Program-made: the position numbers and the translations under genes
The notes under the pieces: model-generated
The model's database searches: none
Seen by the model: only the letters and a program-made list of their open reading frames with translations
Told to the model about the DNA's origin: nothing
In this document: positions 50,625-62,690 of the stretch, piece after piece
Layout: each line of letters starts with the position of its first letter
How positions within the stretch are numbered: the stretch's first letter is position 1
Assembly: GCA_048593225.1 (NCBI GenBank)
Contig: CM109175.1
Coordinates: forward strand, 261,543,655 to 261,607,654
Direction: 5' to 3'
DNA length: 64,000 nucleotides
Source of the DNA: Sarcophilus harrisii
Lineage: Eukaryota

Positions 50625-52282
50625 GTGAGTAGTTGTTAAGGGGTCTTTTCAATCCTTTTTGAACCTGGGTTTAGGGGAACCATCCACTCATGCTTTTACT
50701 TCCAGATGCTAGCTGGAAGCAAGATTAGACTTTGTGAAATTATGAGAAAGTGTTGGGGTCATATAGAACTTTAGTTTGAGAGAGGGAAAACTGAGCCAGG
50801 CCTGGGAGCTGCTTATTAGGCAGGACTGTGCTGGCGGCAACCTGGAGGCTCCTAAAGGACTGCAAGCTGCACGGAGGGTATTTATGAATAGCTACAGGCC
50901 TGGGCTTGCTGTTTTATCAAAGGTGCTGCATCTAACGAATATTGCTCGTTTGCCAGAGGGCATGCAGATTTGAGTCTGAATCGGGATTCTGACCTTGCCC
51001 GCATGGCATCTTTTCCGTTGCCATCTCCATTTATGTTGGGTGGGTGAGGAAGATAGCAGGGACTGCTTCATTTACTTAACACTTCAAAAAATATTCATTA
51101 TTTCAACCTTGGGCTTTTGCTGCTAATAAGATTTAGCTTGGATTGGGGGAGTCTGGGGCAAACAGGGTTTTATTGGACCTGGGAAAGGTGTCTTGAAAAC
51201 TTGAGTTGTGTTACAATTTAGATTGCTAGCTGCTTTGCCCCAATACTTTGGCCCTGAATGGTGTTGGGCTTGAATTTCATTTTATCCCAACCACGTTTTC
51301 TCTTTTAATCTGTGAGATTAGCAATATGTGTTGTGATTTTTATGAAAGACAGTGCCTAAGAAATATCTGAAATAAAAAATATTTGGTGAAATGAAAGAAA
51401 TAAGATGGGTTGTGGGATTCCTCTTAGCCATTCTAGATTTTCGGCCTGGACAGGTTCTTTGGATGTGTTAACTTTTCCCTTGCAGTGAAATTTCTGGTGG
51501 TTATTTTTCATAGCGGTTTTTGCCATTTTTTTGGAGGGGGGTTTGTTGCGTCCTGTGCTGACAGAAAAATTAATATGGATCTTAAAAATATCTTGGATTA
51601 CATAACGGCTTTTCTACTTCAGTCGGGCTGTAGCGACAACCCTTAAAAGTGTAGATTTTTGCCAACAGCTATTCTCTTAAATATGGGTTAGTTTATTTTG
51701 CGGTTAGTGGTTATGATGAGGTTAAGGGAGGAATGAGAATACTGGGCTTTGTGCCTTTAAGAAGAGACCACGTGGCCTCTGAATTCTCAGGCAGGTCTGC
51801 AGGCAGTAGTGTTGCCTCCTGAGATATTTATTTAAAAATTACAGTAGTGGGTAAGTAAATCTATTTTTGTAAGCATTTATTTGGGAATTAGTTGAAACTT
51901 GGAATGCTAAGAAATGTGGAAATCATTGTAAAGAGGCCTTTTAAAATGGTCGTTTTCATTTTATTAGTGCTGGTGATCTGGTTTGGTGATCTGGTGATCT
52001 CAGCAAATAGATCCCACCTGAGGTGGAGACAGAATAGATCTTACAGAAAACGTTTTTCCTTTTTAAGTTATCCACTTTTTTTTTTTTTTTTTTAACTATA
52101 ATAATCTACACAGCTCTCTGTAGGCTGTATGTTGCTTATTAGAGTGGGAAACAGACAAGTGGGAAATGCTTCTTGTGTATTACTCCTTTGTTAAAAAGTT
52201 TTTCCTAATCAAAATCTTCCAGATATACTTGATTTTAATTTTTTTCTTCAGTAAAGAAAAAACATGGTTCCTGGGAAAGTTT

Positions 52283-52355
52283 TCTGCCATGATGAGCTGC
52301 ATATTCAGTCCGTGTTTCAAATGATCACTCTGATTATACATATGCCCTGAGCAGA
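52283..52355 (+). ncRNA. C/D-box snoRNA-like element, copy 1 (possible SNORD126-type, intronic)
   Basis: 5' stem tctgc(c); C box ATGATGA (52289..52295); conserved antisense block tcagtccgtgtttcaa; D box CTGA (52347..52350); 3' stem gcaga pairing with 5' stem. Sits 93 nt upstream of acceptor ccctcctttttag| (52448). Paralogous to 57103..57177. Confidence 0.5.
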
Positions 52356-53119
52356 GACCATATTAAGATTTTGAGGGTGGGTGAGGAGGGAAGAGGAGCC
52401 ACTGATCATTTTCATTTTTAAAAAATTACTAAAACCCCCTCCTTTTTAGCTGTTTCTCATTGCCAAGTCTACATTTAAGTATCAAAGTTAAAACTTTTTG
52501 TATATCTATGGAAGAGATGAGGTGACAGCAAATCATGCTTTTCTCTGCCAAAATTAGCCAGCAGTCATTAACATATTAAATTGTAAGCCTAATTCATATG
52601 GTTCATATGACCAGTTCTGGACAGCAATCAATAACTTTGTTCTGTTTTCAAAGTTTAGGTTGAAGATGGATTTGGCTTTTGGTAGGAAGGGGGCTAAATC
52701 CTTTGCAGGGGAGGAGACATGGCTTTATGGACAAAGCTGGGAGGCAGAAGTCCAGCACCAGAAAAATCAAAACTTCCTTGTCTCAGGACCAAGTTAACCA
52801 AGGTTGAGCTTTTCAGTATGGGAAGGGCCGAAGATGACATGGTTGCTACTCTGATTTAGGTAAGTACTAGGATTTGACTAAAGTAGATGTTTATGTCCCA
52901 AATACCTTAACAGGACAATGAGTTCTTGGTCATTGTTGTTGAAAAGTTTTAACTCTGCCTCAGTTTCCTCATCTATAAAATGGGGTTAATAACAGCACCG
53001 ACCTCCTAGAGAAGTTCTGGATCAAATGAGATAGCTGTAGTGCTTAGCACAGTGTGTGGCACGTGCTATATAAAATGTTAGCTATTAACATTTCACATTA
53101 CTGACTCTTAGAACAAGTG

Positions 53120-53311
53120 CTAATCATGTCTCTCATCTTGCATGTGCAAAATTATTTTCTTACCCAGGTGTAAGACTTTACACTTATCCCTGTTGAATTT
53201 CATCTTATTAGATTCAGCCCAGTGGTCTAACCCAAGATGCTGATTCTCTTGGCACAAAGTTCTAGATTTTGTCTTTATATTTGAATGAATATGCTCTATT
53301 AAATAGAGCAT
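53120..53311 (-). mobile_element. CR1/L3-like LINE RT fragment
   Basis: Minus ORF ...LDHWAESNKMKFNRDKCKVLHLGKK matches the conserved CR1-type RT motif (L..WA..N.MKFNK.KCKVLHLG). Confidence 0.4.
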
Positions 53312-54029
53312 ATCCTATTGGAGGAGGAGACTTATCCAGCCTAGCATCTGTACCATATATTGCTATCTTCTCCACAAGAAGAATGGGAGATAACATCTCA
53401 AAAAACTTGTCTAAAGTCTATATAAATGATATCTATAGTTTTTCCTTTTCCAAAGAAGAAATAAATTTAGATTGGTTGATCAGTTTTAGATGAACCCTTG
53501 CTGGCTATTTGTAACCACCATTTCCCTTTCCAGATGGTTACCAGACATTTGTTCTTAAATCTGTCAATCATGTAAACGCTGTCTTAAGGTAGATATAAAA
53601 TAAAAAGTTTATATATACATACACAGATTTAGATGTATATAAATATAAGGTAGATAAAAAAAAAAATTTAAAAAGAGGCACAAGCCAGTCCCTATTCTCA
53701 GGGAAATTCTAATGAATAGTTCAGTCTAGAATTTAAGTTCCATGTTCATTGCCTTTTATATTGCAGGCAATAGTTTCTTTTTTGAAAATCAGAACGTATG
53801 CTCTCCAATCTCGTTACCTTTTTTTTTTTTCATAATCTTTCAGCTATCTAATGGAGGCTCAGCTATAGCATATGGTAGCAGGGCTTTCCCATCTATTCAA
53901 ACTATTTTTTATTTCCATTTATATGTGTGCCCTCCAGTTGGATATAGACTGCACTCCTGTAATTATTACAGGGAGACCAAGCTCAGAAGTTTTGAGCTGC
54001 ATTGCGGCTAAAGTCAATGAAATACCCAT

Positions 54030-54430
54030 ATTAGGTTCAGAACTAGTATGATGTATACAGCAACAAGATTATATGATGATCATTTCTGATGGATATGACT
54101 TTCATCAAAAACGAGATGATTCAGGCCAGTTCCAATGATCTTATAATGAAGAGAGCCATCTGCACCCAGAGAGGACTGTGGGAACTAAGAGTAGATTACA
54201 ATATAGCACTTTCACTCTTTGTTGTGGTTTGCTTGAATTTTCTTTTTCTTTTTTTTTTTTTTTTAACTTTATCCGATTTTTCTTGTGCAGCAAGATAATT
54301 GCATAAATATGTATACCTATATTGGATTTAACATATATTTTTACCATGTTTAACATATATTGGATTACATGTCATCTGGGGAGGGGTGGGAGGGAAGGGG
54401 GGGAAATTTGAACACAAGATTTTTTTTTTT
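54030..54430 (+). mobile_element. L1 3' end (ORF2 extreme C-terminus plus 3'UTR)
   Basis: tacagcaacaagattatatgatgatcatttctgatggatatgactttcatcaaaaacgagatgattcaggccagttccaatgatcttataatgaagagagccatctgcacccagagag...ggattacatgtcatctggggaggggtgggagggaaggggg is the characteristic L1 3'UTR. Confidence 0.6.
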
Positions 54431-54439
54431 AATAACTTT

Positions 54440-54730
54440 TTTATCGATGGAACCCATGCCAGGGTAATTTATTACAACATTATCCTTTGCACTCACTTCT
54501 GTTCCGATTTTTTCCCTCCCTCCCTCCACCCCCTCCCCCAGATGGCAAGCAGTCCTATACATGTTAAATAGGTTACAGTATATCTTTAGATACAGTATAT
54601 GTGTGCAAAACCGAACAGTTCTCTTGTTGCTCAGGGAGAATTGGATTTAGAAGGTATAAATAACCCGGGAAGAAAAACAAAAATGCAAGCAGTTTACATT
54701 CATTTCCTAGTGTTCTTTCTTTGGGTGTAG
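54440..54730 (-). mobile_element. L1 3'-end family fragment (reverse orientation)
   Basis: ggaacccatgccagggtaatttattacaacattatcctttgc...ccctcccccagatggcaagcagtcctatacatgttaaata...gtatat resembles the shared unit at 376..843. Confidence 0.45.
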
Positions 54731-55142
54731 CTTCTTCTAGAACACAAGGTTTTTCAAGGGTCAGTGTTGAAAAATTATCCTTGCATATGTTTTGAAAGTA
54801 AAAAAAAAACTTGAATAAAAAACAAAAAGAGCTAGTATGATGATGAGTTACTGAGAATGGGCATCACCAGGCTAACTATTGTGCTGTGAATTAGTATAGG
54901 TCAGAAATCAGTGTATCTGAGATCTCTTCCCTTCTCCAAATGGGATCCGGACTACTCCATAGTTGCAGCTTTGCTGAGATAAATTTATAACTGTACACAT
55001 ACTTTTAGAGTGGGACTTCTTTCCCTCAGGATTTTTGTCATCTTGAGAAATTTTTATGCGACCCTGGGTATGTAGGTATATATAAAAAAGATACATAAAT
55101 GAAACATTTGCTGATAATAGATCATCAAGAAATCTATTAATT

Positions 55143-55275
55143 ATTATTTTTTGCTGAAGCAATTGGGGTAATTGACTTGCCCAGGGTCACAGCTGGGAAG
55201 TGTTAAGTGTCTGAGACCAGATTTGAACTTAGATCCTCCTCATTCTAAGGCTGGTACACCATCCACTGCACCATC
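55143..55275 (-). mobile_element. MAR1-type SINE fragment (reverse)
   Basis: gcttgcccagggtcacagctgggaagtgttaagtgtctgagaccagatttgaacttagatcctcctcattctaaggctggtacaccatccactgcaccatcttgctacc is the reverse complement of the MAR1 body. Confidence 0.55.
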
Positions 55276-56210
55276 TTGCTACCCCAAGAAATTTATTTTA
55301 AAACAATTTACTGCTAACATATAATTTTGTCTTTTATTAAAGATGATAGCAAATTTATATAATAATGATATGGATATACTTGCTTTTTACATAATGAATT
55401 AAGTTGGAGGAATATGGATGCCTTTGACTGTTGCAAAGTTTTTTACAACCTCATATGGGGTCACAAACCAAAGTTTTGTTTTAGGGTACCTACTTGAGGA
55501 CCATTTTCATTTTTAGTATTCAACAGAATGTTAAGTTGGATTAGTTACTTATGTTCATTATCTCCCACAGAATATAGGGACAATGGATTTAATAAAATTA
55601 TTATCTGATATGTGAAGATAACAAAGTTGAAAATTAATTTCCATATAAATTTCAACAATCATATCTTTATTTTTCCTTCAATTTAATACATCTTCTAAAG
55701 GGAAGAAAGTTGGCTGTCCAGTCTGTGTTTCACGTGATTTAATTTAATGTCACACATGACCAGGGGAGATCCCTGTGTTGTAGGATAAGAAAACCTTGCA
55801 TGTTGCCATCTTGTGGCATAATTAATAGCTGCATGGCCTTCTCATTTTCTCTACATAAAGGGAAAATTTTCAGTTTATAGAAAGATGCATTGTGACATAG
55901 TAGGCATTTAATAAATGCTCATTGATGGATTGATATAGCATCTTGGGTATGACTGATAGCAGGATTTGGTTAAGCAAAACTGCAACTATTGTATTTTACT
56001 GAAAAAAATGGTTCCTTGCTCTTAGTCTTTTGGGTATGTATATCAGTATTTCAAAATATGCTGTCTTTTGCTCAGGGTTATTAATTTTTAGGTTACCTTA
56101 TATTTGACTCTTACATCAGTCTTTAGTATTGAATATTCATGGCCAGTAAATCAGTATTGAACATTAAATAAGCTTAAAAAGCTTGTCAAAAAAAATGGTT
56201 GAAGTTTCTT

Positions 56211-56682
56211 TTTTATTTATTTATTTTTTATTTAATAGCCTTTTATTTACAGGATATATGCATGGGTAACTTTACAGCATTAACAATTGCCAAACCTCTT
56301 GTTTCAATTTTTTACCTCTTACCCCCCCACCCCCTCCCCTAGATGGCAGGATGATCAGTAGATGTTAAATATATTAAAATATAAATTAGATACACAATAA
56401 GTATACATGAACAAACCGTTATTTTGCTGTACAAAAAGAATCAGACTCTGAAATATTGTACAATTAGCTTGTGAAGGAAATCAAAAATGCAGGTGTGCAT
56501 AAATATAGGGATTGGGAATTCAATGTAATGGTTTTTAGTCATCTCCCAGAGTTCTTTCTCTGGGCGTAGCTGGTTCAGTTCATTACTGTTCCATTGGAAA
56601 TGATTTGGTTGATCTCATTGCTGAGGATGGCCAGGTCCATCAGAACTGGTCATCATATAGTATTGTTGTTGAAGTATATAAT
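56211..56682 (-). mobile_element. 5'-truncated L1 3' end with 17-bp TSD (atggttgaagtttcttt)
   Basis: Poly-T, then the shared L1 3'UTR unit. Identical atggttgaagtttcttt at 56194..56210 and 56684..56700. Confidence 0.75.
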
Positions 56683-56800
56683 GATGGTTGAAGTTTCTTT
56701 GAAACGATTTTTATGATTTAAATGAGAGCATGGTGTAGTACAATTAAATAATATAAAAACATCTGAATAATATCATTTCCATATATTTGGTGTCATTTCC

Positions 56801-56870
56801 TAGATTGTTGAGAGAGCTATCCAGTTTTAACGTGCATGACTGCAAGGCAGAAGCTGTACTTGGTATCAGA
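56801..56870 (+). other. Candidate non-coding exon of snoRNA-host-like transcript
   Basis: Acceptor tcatttcctag|ATTGTTG and donor ATCAGAG|GTGAGTT. The C/D snoRNA-like copy 2 lies in the following intron. Confidence 0.35.
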
Positions 56871-57102
56871 GGTGAGTTAAAAAAAAAATGTTTCTGCCTT
56901 CTATTTGTACAGAAGGGAGCACTCAGTATAACGGACTATATTTTGGAGGGGAAGTATTCTTTCACATTTTTCGGTCTTCTATCTTAGAGCTTTATACACT
57001 TTATAAATCCGGAAGCATAAAAAGCACTTCTGAAGCTCAAGGACTTATTCCCAGTTCAGGGAATACCACTAAAAAAGTAATCATAGTTACCTATCACACA
57101 CA

Positions 57103-57177
57103 GTCTGCCATGATGAAATGCATTTTCAGTCCGTGTTTCAACTGATTACCCTGATTGCATGCATACTCTGAGCAGAC
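57103..57177 (+). ncRNA. C/D-box snoRNA-like element, copy 2 (possible SNORD126-type, intronic)
   Basis: 6-bp terminal stem gtctgc/gcagac; C box ATGATGA (57110..57116); antisense block tcagtccgtgtttcaa immediately followed by D' box CTGA (57142..57145); D box CTGA (57168..57171). Sits 93 nt upstream of acceptor ccttattttag| (57270). Confidence 0.55.
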
Positions 57178-60100
57178 TAGAGCCAGAAGTGAACATTTGT
57201 TCCTGGACTTTTGGGTCTAGTTACTAGGCTATACCAATTTCTAACTTTTGTGTTTATAATACCTTATTTTAGATTTGACTGGTAACAACTTCCTTTCTAA
57301 AAGGGAACATTTGCCTCTTAAAAATTAATGACATTTTGAAGTGTTTGTTTTTAAATTTGCAGTATTCTGATAATTGGAAGGAATAAGTGAATGAATGAAA
57401 AAGCATTGGCAACCACTGCTAAGTGCTGGGGAAACATATGACTTTGACAAATATCAATAATCATGTTCATATTTGTATGATTATGAGAAACTGAATCTTA
57501 GAAAATTTTTAAAAATTTAATGTGTTATTTCATTGATACTTTTTATAAAAAATGGAATACCACTTACTTGTAACATGTATCATCCAGAAAAACAAATCCA
57601 TGTTTCTCATGTAAATCTGTATTATCTCTGCAAAAGGTGTATTCTTTTGGAGACTCCAGTTACCATTTTATTAATATTTTCTGATAGATCAAAAAAACCC
57701 CTTGAGGAAGGTGCAGTTGACTAATTTACCTCATTTGTATTTTTTGGGGGAAATTAAGGTGGGATGCTATGTGAAGTTAGTCTCACACATTATAAGAAAA
57801 TGGAGGATCACATTATTAACTTTTGGATAGTAATTTTTTGTAGTTTTTGGCCTTTTTTTGCAGAGATTGAAGCTGTAGTCAAATTCACTTTGTTCACCTG
57901 GATTGGTTAGTGATGGAAGCCATGATTTAAAATCCTACCAACAGTGACTTAGTTTCTCTTTATGGTAAGATTTTTGTTCACATTTAAAGAAAAACTATTA
58001 ATTGGATGTTTTATTCTTATAAGCTTAAAATGGATAGATCCAAGAAGTTGGGTGATACTAGATCTCAGATACCCCTCATTTGCAACTGTGCCTAATTCTT
58101 GATGTGTTACATATTGACGCTATTTTGGATGACATGGGAGGATTTTTCTGTCCAGAAAATGATGATCACAAAAACTTTGTTGCCAATCATTAGTAAAGGA
58201 CTTCGTAGCCCCTACACAAACTATAATTTTAAGTTTTGAAATGGACTGTCACTGAAGTTTAGGGTTTATATATATGTGACAAGATTTCAAGTGTGAATGG
58301 ACAACCACTAACTTAGCAGAGTGATTGCGTGCTGGAAATTATGTTGATATCGTGGGAAGAATAACAGTTGTGTGATTCTCAAGGAGCTAATTTGCAATCA
58401 AATATAATAAAAGGTTTGGACTGCTACTCAGAGGCATATACTCTTGTATATGTGACTTTTATTATATTTTGCAGTATAATCTTATTTATTTTAGTTTACC
58501 ATTAGAAGTTTGGCTATGAGGACAAATGCATGGTAATAGAATATGTGTAATAATATAAGCAATAAAATTATATTTGGCCTTGAAGGCATAATTCAGAGGG
58601 GATGTTACTGTTAAGACAATGAAGTTGGAAATTGGAGATTTCAGTGTTGGAAATCTTCAGTGGGATGTTATACTGGACTGGTATTGAATCTACACGTTGT
58701 ATTATTACACGTTGTTGATGGTAATTTCTCAGTTTTATGCTCTAGCCACAAAAACATTTTGTAATGATTTTGGACTTTTGATTTATGAGAGAATTATTAA
58801 AATTTAACTATTGATTATTTTGGGGGAGGAGAGAGGGCTCATTATTGATGGCCTCAAATGGCAACTGATATTTTTAATAAATGTATAATCTATGCTCGTT
58901 GTGTACAGAGGATAATTTTGTCAATTTGCCTAGTGTGGCTAGAAAATGTGGTAAACCCTTGGAGCTTTGAAAGCATTTTTTTTTTTCCAAAGTTTTAAAA
59001 ATTTTCCATTTTTTGAAAGACATTTAAAAATACAAAGCATACACTAAAGGTAAGTTCCTATAGAAATGGACAAATAATAAATCAATTTAAAATGGTTTGT
59101 TTGGGAATCAGGGTTGGGAGACCAGGAGTGGGTCAGAACAAAAAGTACAAAAGTAATTTTGGGGGGAATAGTTCTAAATTGTTTTTCAGATAAAGTGGAT
59201 CAATTTACAATTCTATCAACACTGCATTAGATAAATGTGCCATTCAGGAGGTGTGAATTGGAATCTCATGCTTTGGCTTTTCTCTAATAGTGATTTGGAG
59301 CATTTTTAAAATATGGCTCTTGATAGCTTGTTTTTTCTCCTTGAAAATTTTCAGTTTATATCCTTTGATCATTTTAAAAATTTTGATATATTTTTATAAT
59401 TCAGTGTATTAAGAAAAGCTAGTTTTGTTGAAATCCAGATGGCTGTTCCTCTCATTGCTTTGAGTTTTGGCAGTGGGATTTTAGGCCATCACAGAGTAAA
59501 TCTGGTCTTTCTTCACTCAGGGCACCATTGGATGGGTTGGCCATCTGTTAGTGCTTTCTGAATTTTGCGGGGCCAGACATTTTATAAGGTTAACCTGATC
59601 TAAAAACATGCTCTTGCTTATAAATGAGATAGTTGATCTTTTAAAAGGTTGATTTAAATTCTGAGGAGAAAGGAAAGATCTAGATTGAATTGGAACTAAT
59701 GGTGAGAACAATTATGGTAAACTTTGAGCTATGCACTTGAATTTAATCATTTGAAAGATTGCTTTTTGACTTTGAAATTTTTTTTCCTTTTCAGAAAGAA
59801 GATAGATTTTTACCTCTCCAAGAATACTGACGTTCTCCAGCAGAACTAATAAGTACCAAAAATGTTTGAATCTTCTTGCACAAAACCTGATAAAATTCCT
59901 TAATATTTGCCCTTGTTATCTCTGTAAATTAACAGCCAAGTAAAAATAAATAGTATTTGAATAAATGTTGAACATTTTTCTGTATTATATTTTTAAATGG
60001 AACAAGTGTACCTAAAACTTACATTTTATAACCTGGAACTTGATGAATTCATTACAATAACATTTGAGCAGAAGAATGGATAGAATTAAATTCCTGTAAC

Positions 60101-60789
60101 TATTTTGTTACTACCTAATTTGAGTATGGTGTTCCAAGGTGACTGAAATATTTACTTTGTGATATATGTGCTTGTCTATGAGCATGCTTATGTGAATAAC
60201 ATAAGTTTAGGAATTATTTTCTATGCATGTGAGATTTAATTATTACTGTGTGAAAGTTTTGTTTAATGTTCAGTAGGAAATCTTTTCCATCCTAATAGAT
60301 ATTTTCAATCTTCCTTTATATTTTAAGTATATAATTTTAAGTATATAAAATTTTCAGAAGACAAAAGTTTTGTCCCGTTTTGATCCTTGTGGAAACAACT
60401 TGTAACAAATTTGTAAGGCTATACTTATATATACGTTTAGTATACAACAGATTTTTTTTTTAGAAATACCTGTAATATCAATGATTTAGGGAGTTGAAAA
60501 ATATTAAAGAGAATATTTCATGTTAGTAAAAAAATGACAACAAAGGAGGATGAAACTTTGAGGTTTGAGCTACCACCTAACTGATCTTCCCTATCAAAAA
60601 ATTACCTTTCTGCACCTGACTGTTCCTAGTCCAAATGTTAAAGCTTAAAACTTTGCAGTTATTTGCCTTTCTATATACCTTTCTTCCTCCAAGTGTTGCT
60701 GGTACTACTTTACAGCCCTTAAACCTTTGAGTTGATGGTCACAGGGGTTTTGGTTTATTTTTTTTTTCTTTCAAATACACATTGCTTTA

Positions 60790-60975
60790 TGAATCATGTT
60801 GGGATAGAAAAATCAGAGCAAAAGGAAAAAAAACCATGGGAGAGATTAAAAAAAAAAAAACCCCAAAAGTGACCATAGCATATGTTGATTTACATTGTCT
60901 ATGTAGTTCTTTTTCTAGATGCAAATGGCATTTTCTATTCGAAGTCTATTGGGATTGCTTTGGATCACTGAACCA
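60790..60975 (-). mobile_element. L1 3'UTR fragment (reverse)
   Basis: ...accatagcatatgttgatttacattgtctatgtagttctttttctagatgcaaatggcattttctattcgaagtctattgggattgctttggatc is the reverse complement of L1 3'UTR (gatccaaagcaatcccaatagacttc...atatgctatgg); compare 35100..35170. Confidence 0.45.
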
Positions 60976-61159
60976 CTGAGAAAGGGTCTCTCTTTGTACA
61001 CCTGTCTCTTTCAATGTCTAATTATGATGGTTCTAATTGTGCTGCCATAATTGAGAAAGTACACATGGATGCACACTTAGTGAAACTAATGTGAAGTTTT
61101 CATAGCTAGCTAAGTGGAAGATAGTTTTGTGAAGTTTTCATAGCTAGCTAAGTGGAAGA

Positions 61160-61550
61160 TAGTTTTATTTATATATATATTAATATTAATAATAATATTA
61201 GTATATTAATATATTAATGTTATTAATATATATTATATATCAATGTATATAATATATATAATTATTATATATAATAACATAATGTATATTATAATATATA
61301 ATATATATAATATATTAACATATATAATATATTATAACATACAATATATAATAATATATTAATATATATTAATATAATATTATTAATACATTAATATTAA
61401 TGTTAATAATATATATTATTTATTCTATTTATTTATATATTCTATTTGTTATATTTATTTACATATTATATTTATTATATATATAATATATATTATATAT
61501 ACATATTATATTTATAATGTATTATATATTATATTTACATATTATATGAC
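61160..61550. repeat. AT-rich low-complexity/microsatellite-like block ((TA)n, (ATATTA)n, (TTATA)n variants)
   Basis: Direct observation; ~390 bp almost exclusively A/T. Confidence 0.85.
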
Positions 61551-62069
61551 TTTCTAGTTTTATAATCTGCAAGGTCCCTTTCCAGATGTAAAATCACTGT
61601 GTTGGGATGACTTCCTGTACAACAACTTTCAATGAACTATATGAATAAGTATATAAACTTGTCACTAACATCGGTCACGTACAAAAAAGGACATGACAAT
61701 CTTGTCAGAATTGGGTATGCGCAACGGGTTGCTTAAAACAAAAATCAAGGCAGTATATTAAACGCCAAATGAGGGCTTCAGGATGTCAGTATAACGTATC
61801 TGTTAAACTACCCGAGACAAAAAAGTCTGCCCAGGTTAAGGTAATGCCACGGAAAAAAACATTTATGGAGCTATTTTAAGACGCAAAAATAAAAGTCCCT
61901 GCCCTCGTTAGGGTGATTTCACTTATATAAATAAGATTTGAAATAAAAGTCTGGTTAGTATTTGGGCAAAAGGTACGAGAGGATTACAGAAAAGGAATGA
62001 GTAGAAATAAGGGGGATTGTGTTCTTCTGCTAAGTTAAGTTTCAGTGAGCAAAAGATAGCCTTGGGGAA

Positions 62070-62690
62070 ATGATTTCACGGAAGTGAATTTACAGCGCGT
62101 GCGCAGTTACAAAACTCGTCGGCGCGAGGATAGCCGGCCGCATGCGCAGTTTGGCAGGTGGGGGAGGGGAGGACAAGAGAAAGCGACTCTGGTGGCGGCT
62201 GAGGCGCTCTCGGGCTTTCCTTTTCTGGCGGGCTCAAGTAAAGTTTTCCCTTTTTGGTGGTTCGAAGTTGCCTGAATTCAAAACCTTCCCAACCACACTC
62301 AAACCCCAGCCCCTTCATGGGCTTCAGTATCCCGCGAAGCCCAGGAAATCACTCCTCTTCCAAGCGGAAGGTCTCGGGGAAGCCCCTCACCCTTCCCTCC
62401 CCGCCCCCACTCCCCCAGGAGGCCTTGCGAGCTTTTTACCTCAGGCCCTCCACCCTCACTTAAGCGGTCTCCTAGTCCCGGGCTCTTGTGGGCTTTTCGT
62501 AAAAGCTGACGAGGATTCTAGTTCTAGAGCTGGAAGCAACCTCTGCGGCCTTCTAATTCATTCAGAAGGGACTGGAGAGCCCCCCAGTCTTATACCTAAC
62601 CCCTTCCGGATCTTTCCGGTAGTCTTCATAAAAGGTGGATTCGATGCCCTCTCGCCCTTCTACTCTACCATGTTTTGTGAATTGAATTGA
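62070..62690 (+). promoter_or_regulatory. CCNB1IP1: CpG island / TATA-less promoter region upstream of CCNB1IP1 coding exon
   Basis: Sharp rise in GC and CpG density (cgcgtgcgcag...cgtcggcgcgagg...agccggccgcatgcgcag) in an otherwise CpG-depleted window. The 182-aa + ORF here is Pro/Gly/Arg-rich with no domain, probably non-coding. Confidence 0.55.

Noticed and set aside
61900-62100. Possible pol III type-3 promoter (TATA cttatataaataag) / RPPH1 upstream of CCNB1IP1, as in human
   Set aside because: No RNase P RNA-like GC-rich conserved sequence (such as GGGAAGCTCATCAGTGGGGCCACGAG) follows the TATA-like motif anywhere in 61600..62100. No PSE-like element seen.
62142-62690. 182-aa + strand ORF in the CpG island
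   Set aside because: Pro/Gly/Arg/Leu-rich low-complexity translation typical of GC-rich promoter DNA. No domain resemblance. Overlaps equally long ORFs in other frames and on the other strand.
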